From a virus, in IMG/VR virus record IMGVR_UViG_3300045988_065224, positions 1 to 55,492 of that record: a DNA stretch of 55,492 nt; one strand, given 5' to 3'. Shown in pieces: positions 15,601 to 23,800 of the stretch. The notes beneath the pieces were generated by a model. It was given only the letters and a program-made list of their open reading frames with translations, was not told where the DNA came from and did not search any database. A program made the translations under genes and the position numbers. The first letter of the stretch is position 1. Every line of letters begins with the position of its first letter.

Positions 15601-17036
15601 TTAAGCGTTACATCAACATCTAATTTAGGAACATAGATATCGATTGTATCACAAAGCATAACTCTATTGAGAGCATTTAGAATACCTCGTTCGTAAACAG
15701 TTGTGTCTGCTAAAGGTAACATATCGACCTCAATAGTAATATTAGGGATATCAACTTTGGGATTATCATCGAAATATGTTGCCGCTTCAGCATCGACCAT
15801 AGCTTTAGTAATGACAAATTTTGTCTCTTCTTTAATTTGAGCTTGTCTTTGAGCACGTCTAGCTTTTTCTTCTTCACGAGCGGCTTTCTCAATAGCACGT
15901 TGCCTCTTGGCATTATTACGCTTTTGTTGTTGCGCATTCCATTTAGCTTCCGCTTCTGATTCTCGTTTAGCATATGCCGCATCCGAAGCGTCGTAACGAG
16001 CTTGTTGTTCGGCCGCTCTTTGAGCTTTAGATTTTCGTCCGCCTCCAGAAGATTGTCCACGTTTTGCTATAGATGCCGCACGAGATGCCGCACGTTTACG
16101 TTTTTGTTCTTCATGATTACGAAGACGTTCACGTTCTCTAGCATCCTCAGCAGCTTGGCGCTCTTGTTCTTTACGTTGACGTTCAGCTCTATCAGCAGAT
16201 CGATTACTATTTTTCTCAGCCTCTAATTTCTCTTTACGAGCTTGTTTTTGTGAAGCTTTTTCATCATTGAATTTAGAAGTTAAATCAACAGCGATAATGC
16301 GTTTAACATAATAATCGTCGTAATGATCTGATCGAACAACATCACCATAGACGGTTACTTCCTTCTTATTTTCACCTTCAGGAGTGTATTTAGCATAAGG
16401 TAAAATACGAGTGTATTTCCCATGCATGTTTGTCTTGATTTTGATGTTCTTTAGATTCTTACGAGGACGAATGGTTGTGACATGTTCACGACCCCTTAGT
16501 GTAAAGAGATCTATACGGTTTTTACCATACTTAATCTCACCACCGATTTCCGAAACAATCGATTTCTCTGATCCGTTAAGAAAAGCCAAGAGATTTGTAA
16601 TTTTGTCGTTTTCGATAGGCGCTCGAGTTAAAATATTCGAACCTAGCTGATATTTGATTGGATCCATAGCGTATGATTGGATATTTCTCCAATGATCTCT
16701 AGGATCTCCCGAACTAAGAGCAAACGGTTTAACCAAATTACCAGAGAGTTCATCAGCTTTGGTAACGGCTTTGATCGTTAGATGTCCTGCTGCTAAATCA
16801 CTGGCTACTTCATAAATTCGAAATGGATGCGGAGCATCATAATCGTTAGGAGCAACATAAATATATCGATTTTCCTTCAGTTCAGTGGCGTATTCTCCCT
16901 GAATTGGATATTCCATTTCAAGTTCAAATTTACCATTACGAACCTCGGTCACGACACATTTTAAAACATCATCAAGAATACCCAACCCATTGGAGGTAAA
17001 TTCTTGTTCGTGTTGTTCGAAAAGAGTAATGCTCAT
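12678..17036 (-). CDS. tail-associated lysin-like (Tal) / tail fibre protein, about 1452 aa
   Basis: Start at ATG 17036 behind GGAGGACTCTTGT, with an ATGA overlap to Dit. The N-terminus ITLFEQHEQEFTSNGLGILDDVLKCVVTEVRNGKFELEMEYP is typical of Firmicute siphophage minor structural / prophage-tail endopeptidase N-terminal domains. Coiled-coil stretches and two CBM-like modules follow. Sits directly after Dit. Confidence 0.8.
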   Translation of the reverse strand: MSITLFEQHEQEFTSNGLGILDDVLKCVVTEVRNGKFELEMEYPIQGEYATELKENRYIYVAPNDYDAPHPFRIYEVASDLAAGHLTIKAVTKADELSGNLVKPFALSSGDPRDHWRNIQSYAMDPIKYQLGSNILTRAPIENDKITNLLAFLNGSEKSIVSEIGGEIKYGKNRIDLFTLRGREHVTTIRPRKNLKNIKIKTNMHGKYTRILPYAKYTPEGENKKEVTVYGDVVRSDHYDDYYVKRIIAVDLTSKFNDEKASQKQARKEKLEAEKNSNRSADRAERQRKEQERQAAEDARERERLRNHEEQKRKRAASRAASIAKRGQSSGGGRKSKAQRAAEQQARYDASDAAYAKRESEAEAKWNAQQQKRNNAKRQRAIEKAAREEEKARRAQRQAQIKEETKFVITKAMVDAEAATYFDDNPKVDIPNITIEVDMLPLADTTVYERGILNALNRVMLCDTIDIYVPKLDVDVTLKIVEIEYDCLAKRILKIVATSEDTLPSTLADSQRGEYKDAAKRAADEALGEYDAAINSVLTSANGNNRNFYGPDEPPAEGLKENDLWFKDVGEGKVDMYRYDGMQWILILPSDFGEVLQEQIDEQFAIVRDELDQYSLDMDLIFGELADITDDAFNFLAESKESIESELATAKSKLEHVENEFNSTRQYLNDRIVQIAQESLNSSRALITKVEKDIKDMERGVQKSFSQLRIGSTNILKGVMAMTDEYWIGGRLSTDIFSHYNRKIPARHLYNAEFTEYKSGLIDLKPNTTYTFSFYARLGNPGYSVINIIQIYPGAETLPIYSDGYNNSWRTETKDWNRYYVTFTTGTTNLDFIARIQVGGTSGVLISGVQLEESSVLSDWHPNSNDIEQSIAVYKEGIDGQLSVLKRTLGTLENGLTTVTNKVENIPGKITLEVNTAKEELKKFTISQIEISEDRISSSVTSNVNGIISSSVNQSSGIIRQAITSANDSTKSYAQSIVQQEANARQTSLTQINNKLTDYNIVKERVDLFSRTLGRTEGDLSTNIANMLMTNDSFQTMISNVDVRRQNLIKDTDTFKTMKPVGPNNISLTVLNTAGIQLASDSKNNSWGGFTLPLTINSLHPNKKYTISFEIVIWEFYPGETSIGVQLKNHNDNKGVTFYHVPSSETPKKQSRIRVKKTIDQKSYFSLYQGNIDLYPFYVWLNGRGRFSIYNIMLVEGDQISSVYSPNNSDAITTLVRQTSTQYAVNILSGSRELITEINASPDGVRIKGKNIELDGQALIHNAVIKNGMIADAAINKAKIANASIVDGHIVNLNANKLVGLEGEFRKITAVNGIFNNVFTAGLDIGNTRMTFSNGSLDILRKGGVTTDVTIRSNGRYSGPTQFNGRVTNSIDYVPVMTNLYQDYPLRPVSRRTDVSVYGVRGLFLITFRGQTNEYGSSAWLYVNDGSSQNHTWYVPMKKAQTQISWHGGFDS

Positions 17037-17812
17037 ACAAGAGTCCTCCAATTAGGTTTGATATACATTTTTTCTGGAATTGTAGATGTAGTATCCGCCG
17101 CCGGGCGTTGCCATTGGATGAAATTATTACCAGGCACCATCGTAAAGAATTCTTTACCAAGGGTTCTATCGTTTAAATTACGGTAACCATTAATATCTTT
17201 AGAAAACGTTGAAAATGTTTCACTATCGATAAATACAGTTTCGTTATTTAAATCTCTAAAACTAAGAGAAATATCATTCAACCGAATTGTAATACCACCT
17301 TTTACTCCAGAGAAACGAACTGTTGGTTTGGACGTATAATGGGTTTCATTAACAAAACGTCCATTATTTCCAACTTCAATTTCATTGTTGTCAACCAAAT
17401 ATTTATATGGCTGACATTTGAGTTTAATAATAACTTCCATACATCCTTCGTAATATGATTTATTAGAGAATTTTATTTCTGTCATTATAATGCTATATAC
17501 GTGTTTTTCATCGAAATATGGAACCAGAGACAACCAATCTCCACTACCGTGATTAAAGAACGTGTGTATAGCAGTTCTTGCTTCTGACAACTTTTCAAAG
17601 TTATCACCGTGAGAACTACCATCATAAAAACACTTAAGTTCAAATTCAGTTGGCTCGTATCCATCATCGTCGTATACCAGTTCCCCGTCGTAGGAAACTG
17701 GCGATACAAACGACAATCTTCGCTTAGGAGTTTGGATATCTGGTCTTTCTTCGATCAATAAATTTAGTCGTTCGGAACTAATTCCGTTGACTGTAAAATA
17801 TCCTGCTTTCAA
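17033..17812 (-). CDS. distal tail protein (Dit), 259 aa
   Basis: Located between the tape measure and Tal. Size and the N-terminus (FTVNGISSERLNLLIEERPDIQTPKRR) are typical of siphovirus tail-component (Sipho_tail-like) proteins. Confidence 0.7.
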   Translation of the reverse strand: MKAGYFTVNGISSERLNLLIEERPDIQTPKRRLSFVSPVSYDGELVYDDDGYEPTEFELKCFYDGSSHGDNFEKLSEARTAIHTFFNHGSGDWLSLVPYFDEKHVYSIIMTEIKFSNKSYYEGCMEVIIKLKCQPYKYLVDNNEIEVGNNGRFVNETHYTSKPTVRFSGVKGGITIRLNDISLSFRDLNNETVFIDSETFSTFSKDINGYRNLNDRTLGKEFFTMVPGNNFIQWQRPAADTTSTIPEKMYIKPNWRTLV

Positions 17813-20800
17813 TTACCAGAATACCTCCTCACCTTTACTTCTTCGATTTTGATCATCAAAATCTTTAATATGTTGTTGGATCTCTTTCGCAAGAGATTTC
17901 GCATTGACTGGTTGACCATTAGTATCAACTTTAACATTAACATTAAATTCTCTGTTAGAATTATCATTGTTAATTGTTGTTTGCTGGGTACCATTAGGAA
18001 CTCCAGAATATGATGGTTTTGGAAGAGACTTGTTCATCTCTCCAATATTTACATCATAATCTTTCAATTTGAATTTATCTAATTTGCTAGTGTCTACTAT
18101 TGGGGTAATCTTAGGTGAATATGACATGTCGTCAATAGCGACGTCAAGCATATCACCAACAGAATTCACAGCAGAAGAAACCGCTTCAGCAAAGATTTGT
18201 CCTTGTGAAACAGCTCCATCAGCAGCTTTAGAAAATCCAGATTTAAATGTATTGGTCATTTGCTTGATTGTAGATGGCATTTCATTTGCAATACCCATAG
18301 CAACCCCTTGAGGGATAAACTTACCTACATCTTTAGCAAATAACCTTGATGGTGAATGAATATCCGCAGCAGCACGAGCAGCTTCACGTGCTTTATAGAT
18401 AATTCTATTTGCAGCAGACTCAATTTCCCACATGTTTGCGTACATACCAGCAGCGATACCAGATGAAATATAGTAACCTACATTGTAACCTGAAGATCTA
18501 GCAGAACCGGTATATGACCCAACAGTACTAATAATTTGACTCATACCAGAATATACGTTATTTGCAGCAACACCCATACCATTTTGGATAGATGAGGACA
18601 TTACAGTCATCATGGATGAGATAATTTGAGATACTGTTGAACTCATTTTAGTGAATTGTGAGTTGATTTCAGTTACTCGAGAACTGATTGTTTGGGATAC
18701 TCCGCTCATTCCTTGTGACATATCTCTTGAGATTTGGGAGATACTTCCCGAAATAGATGTGGAGATTGTGCTGAATGATGCTTTAGCTTGATCCGCAACC
18801 GATGACATTGACGTTGAGATAGAATTTACAACACCAGTCATGCTAGTTTGTACTGCACCAATAACAGTTTCCATTGAACTAGATACTGCAGAAGATACAA
18901 GACCAAATCCAGCACCCACAGCAGATGCAAGAGCACCAATAGAGCTATCCATAGTGGTTTGGACATTAGCCATACCATTTTGTACAGCCATGACCATACC
19001 TTGCATACCTGTTTCAGTCGCAGCTGTTAGAATTGCGAAAGATTCGGTTGAGTTTGAGATAGAGGAGAAGAACTCGCCCATTTGTGTTTGTGCATTTAAG
19101 AGAGATGTCTTAAATGTTTCAACACTAGTGTTGATTAGGTTGAAGTTTTCCATTAGGAAAGTGATGCTATTTTGAATGTTGATGAATCCTAGGTTAACTG
19201 CTTCCATAGCGCCGACCATAGTTTGGAATTGACCTATAGCGGTTCCGAAAGAAGACAAGATAGCACTCATCATACCAATCAGAGTATTAACAGGTCCCGA
19301 CAAATTCAAGAATGCTGTAGAAGCAGACTCAGCTGATGTCGAAATGTTTGTAAATTCGGTTGATAATGTTTGGAACGCGGTTGCTGCAAGGGATCCTACG
19401 CCAGAAATAATCGTTAGAGATGAAGAAATAATAGTCAATGACGTAGATAACGTCAAGATATTACTTGCTGTATCTCCTAGAGTTGAACACGCTTTAGCAA
19501 GAGTTTCAATGTCAGTAGTAAATCCTTGTAAGTTACCAGCATATGCAGATGCTCCTAGTTTCGCAACTTCCACAGTTAGAGAAGCCAGCCCTGTAGCGGC
19601 AGTAGCTCCGTGTTCACCAACAAGTTTAACGCCTTCTCCGAAAGCTTTAAACCCTTTACCGAATGATTCTGCAGCATCGCCAACTGCTTTGATGATATCA
19701 GCAACACCGTCTAGAGCAGTCTTAATTCCTGTACCAATAGATTCGAAAATCTTACCTACTCCTTCAAGAGCAGTCTTAATACCAGTACCAAATGACTCAA
19801 CAACTTTACCAACACCTTCAAGAGCAGTTTTAACACCTTCACCAAATGACTTGAATACTTCTCCGACACTTGTTAAGACGCCGCTAATAGCTTCGCCAGC
19901 AGTCTTAATGACATTTGCCACGCCATCGATAATATTAATTACTCCAGTAATAACAGTATCAATAGCATCTGCCATAATTCTAAATACTTCGACGATGGCA
20001 TTAACGATTGTCTGAATAGTAGCATGCGTTGAAATAATAACGTCCGCAATAGAACGAATAATATCTTTGATAGCATTTACAGTAGCAATGATTGCTTCTG
20101 CCACAACTGTTATAATTGTAGCAATGCTCTCAAATAGAACCTTAAGTCCTTCCATAAGTGGAGTAAATATAGGTTCGATAGCACTTGCTAAGTTTGATAA
20201 GAATTCTGTTATCATTGTGCCTACAGGAGTTAAGATTTCAACAATCTTCTCTAGTAAAGGAGCCAATAACCCACCCAATACAGATAATAGGACGTCACTG
20301 ATAACCATAAATAAATTCTGCAAAGCAGGAATCAATCTATCTCGTACACCAATAAGAGCATTAGCCAAACTCTCTATGAATTTAACAGCTAACTCAATAG
20401 CCGTTTGGACAAGGATATCTATATTTTCAATAAGACCCTTAGCCAATTCAACAAGCATCTCAACAGCTGCTTTAACTAACTCGGGAGCGTTTTCTTTGAT
20501 GCCGTTTACTAACCCAATAACGAGTTTAAATGCAGCATCCACAATAAATGGTATTAAAACGACTAATCCATTAATAGATTCTTTAACAACAGAAACCCAT
20601 GCCTGAATTAATATAGGAGCACTTTCTGCAATTGCCTTAGAAAATGATACCATGCCTTCAGCAACAGTCTTAAATGCTTCTGGAGCGATCGCGGCTAGTT
20701 CTTTAATAGCAGTAACAAACGCTAAGAAACCAAGACCAGCAATAAGAACTGATGATGCCGCCAATATAGATGATATACCAAAGGTTATCAATGTTGAAGA

Positions 20801-23800
20801 CAATATCATAAGACCAGGAGCCACAACTTGAGCAAGTGCTCCGGCGGCAAGTAATATAGCTAAGTTACCAGCCAATGCTAATAACGCTACACCAACAGCA
20901 ACCAAGTTTAGAGTCGACAACAACATAATAGGAATTGCAAGCATATTCAATGCTACCGCCATACCCATTAATTGAAGAACACCACTAGTAGAACCAACTT
21001 TATCAACAATTGCCATAGCAGCAACCATTGCTCCGAGAGTAGCTATAATAGCTCCTGTAGCAGCAAGGATACCTGTCCATGGTTGTGCCGCAACACCAGA
21101 TAACGCAGAACCTACAGCATAAAGTACCGGAGCAAACGCAGCAATACCACCTAGAGTTGTTACATCAGGTTGAATATGATCAATAAGTGCGGTCATAGCA
21201 GTCAAAGCTCCTAATACAAGGACAATACCACCAAGACCAACTAACATTTGTTTCCAATCGAGTTTACCGATTTGGTCCATAGATGTTCCAATAGCAAGCA
21301 ATACTGATGCAAATGAATCAAACAATATTCGAAGTTGTCCAACCTCAGCGAAGTTTTTAACAGATCCGTTAATTATCTTAGCAGTGTACGCCATCGCTAA
21401 GAATACTGCAGAAATACCAGCAGAAGCAGCAAGTAAACTAGTCCAAGGCTTATCCGCAACTTTCATTAAATTATCAGCGACAGACGTTAACATTGCCGTT
21501 AGAATGATCATTGATAACGCTGCACCAGCATTAAATTTAACTTTCTTCATCAGTGCGGCCACGCCGACTAAAGAAAATAGCATTACTTCAACAGACGCAA
21601 TGCTTTTAACAAGTTGTTCTATAGAAAGTTGTGTCAGCGGCTCTATAGCTTTAGTTATAGCATATATTGCTAAACCAAATGCAACTAGGACCATAGCAGA
21701 TGCCATATTTACTTTGGCTTTCTTCATAAGGTGCGATACACCGACTAAAGAAAGAAGTAAAGCTTCTACTCCAGCCATACCAAGCAAAAGCATATCCCAT
21801 TCCATAGTACCTAAGTCGATAACAGATTGAGACAATAGCCAAATAGATATACCAAAAGCAATCATTCCGGCCATAGCACTCTTATCGATCTTGACTTTGG
21901 TCATAATTCTACTAGCAATAGCTAAAGATTCTAGGAGTGTAACAACCGAAGCTGTGGCTGCTAGAATGCTATCCCAGCTTAATGCAGCGATTTTGATTAC
22001 TGACGAAGTAAGGATTCTTATTGCGATAGAGAAGACTATTAGATTGGCTAATGCGCTCTTAGCTACGTGAACTTTACTCATTACTCTAGACGCTATAGCC
22101 ATAGCAGCCATAAGAGTAATTACTGAGCCGACGGCGGCCAATAATTGAGGCCATTCTATCTTCGCAAGAGCTTTAACCGACCAAACAAGTATTCGAATGG
22201 AGATTGCAAATGTTATAAGATTAGCAATAGCACTCTTAGTAATATGAACTTTATCCAAATACTTAGTAACTTTAGCTAAACTGAAAATAAGAGTTCCCAC
22301 CGCAGGTAATGCGTATAACAACTTCTCAGGTTCTAGTTTTGCAATAGCCTTAATAGACCAAACTAAAATACGAACGGCAAAAGCAATACCAATCAATTGC
22401 ATGATTTTTGCTTCTGAGCCTTCTAGTTTATCAATATATTTCAATGCTCGGACAAGTCCATAAATAGCAGCGTATGTGCCACTGATTGCTTCCATAAGTT
22501 TATCTGTAGGAATTTCTGCCATCTTAACCATTGCTGAAGCCAAGATGCGAATAGCGAATGCAATACCAATTAATTGCATCGCAGACCCTTTAGGAATTTC
22601 AGTAGCGCTCATTACTTTAATGAGTTTCAATAAAATACCCAAAGCACTTCCCAACCCAAGCATACCTTTAGATAAATCTTTCATTTCGATTTTAGAAAGT
22701 CTATCGATAGACAATGCCAAAATACCCAAAGCAATTGCAATCATTAACAATGATCCTATTTTTATACTTTGTGTAAATGAGTTGATTGTTCCTTGTAGAG
22801 ATGTAAATACTCCTTTAACTTCGTCTATAATGCTTGTTCCAGACTCTTTAGCTCCAGAGAACATTTCTTTGAATTTCTCAATGACCATGTCAATGACGCT
22901 ACCTTTAGCGTTCTTGAATTTAAGCCATTTATCTAAAGCGAATAAACCAATAATGGCTTTAATTATACTCCCGATGTTAAATGATGTATAAGCGTCTTTA
23001 AGACCCTCGTATCCGGATTTGAAACTATCAACAATAGCAGTCCAAGCTTGTGAAGTTACTTCACCTATTTTATTCAAAGCCGATGAAAGTTTCTCACCAG
23101 CGTTTGCAAAAATATTAGATGCTCCTGAGAATATTGCCTCAGCGTTTCCAAAAGGATTGGCTAAGGTTTTTAATTTAGAGAAAACGGCACTAAAAGCAGA
23201 ACCTATCTTGCTAGAAACTTTTCCAAGCACATTGCCTATTTGCTCAAATTTATTTGATGATAGGACGAACTTTTCAATAGCTCTAACAAATGTCAATACT
23301 TTTCCGGTAACATCCGATAGAGTTGTTGCAAATGTAACAAGACCCTTACTGTCACCAAACTTAGAAAATCCTCGAAGGATATCTTTTATAATAAATATAG
23401 CGATACGACCAAGAGTCACAATTATATTAAATACATTGGCTAGAGTTTTACCAAGATGATAAAATACAACGTGAGCATTTGTGTTTGATCGCAAAGACTC
23501 CATGAATCTAGCTATAGAATCTGCAGCAGTTCTTATAGGTAATAATATACTTCCAGAAGCGTCGCCAACGGCTTTCATACCAGAAAATACCGTCTTTAGA
23601 GCCCATCCAAGCGTAACAAATGTTTGACCTACCATTTTACCAATACTATTTAAAGTGTTGAAAAATAGTTGATTCTTTTTGATACCTTCGGTTATAGACT
23701 CTAACGCTTTGGTAAAATTATAAAATGTTTTTGCAGATTGTTTGTAATCACCAATAACTGATCTGAAACCTTCACGGAATTTGGTCATCGCATTGAACAC

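Noticed and set aside
15710-16060. Nested minus-strand ORF (116 aa, Lys/Leu-rich) inside the Tal gene. Many similar nested minus-strand ORFs exist: 9559..9789, 10678..10914, 11951..12136, 17485..17709, 21651..21842, 24580..24762, 27523..27711, 28130..28342, 29116..29376, 29542..29757, 30664..30960, 31002..31457, 32839..33120, 36209..36400, 38433..38699, 41721..41933, 42420..42674, 43239..43439, 43956..44150, 44850..45035, 47263..47445, 49642..49896, 52022..52213, 54320..54526, 16972..17160 and 17809..17994.
   Set aside because: Each is an alternative frame entirely within a longer ORF that has recognisable motifs or a better RBS and coupling. Their composition reflects the host frame. There is no independent translation signal.
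19344-23459. Long plus-strand ORFs (19344..20015, 20067..20606, 21384..21830, 22476..22991, 23019..23459) antisense to the tape measure gene.
   Set aside because: They lie wholly inside a well-supported 2467-aa minus-strand gene and have low-complexity Ser/Pro/Ala/Thr-rich translations that mirror the repeats on the other strand. They have no RBS. No other plus-strand gene exists in the genome. The same reasoning applies to every plus-strand ORF in the track (for example 8028..8393, 29471..30046, 39420..39920, 42313..42789).
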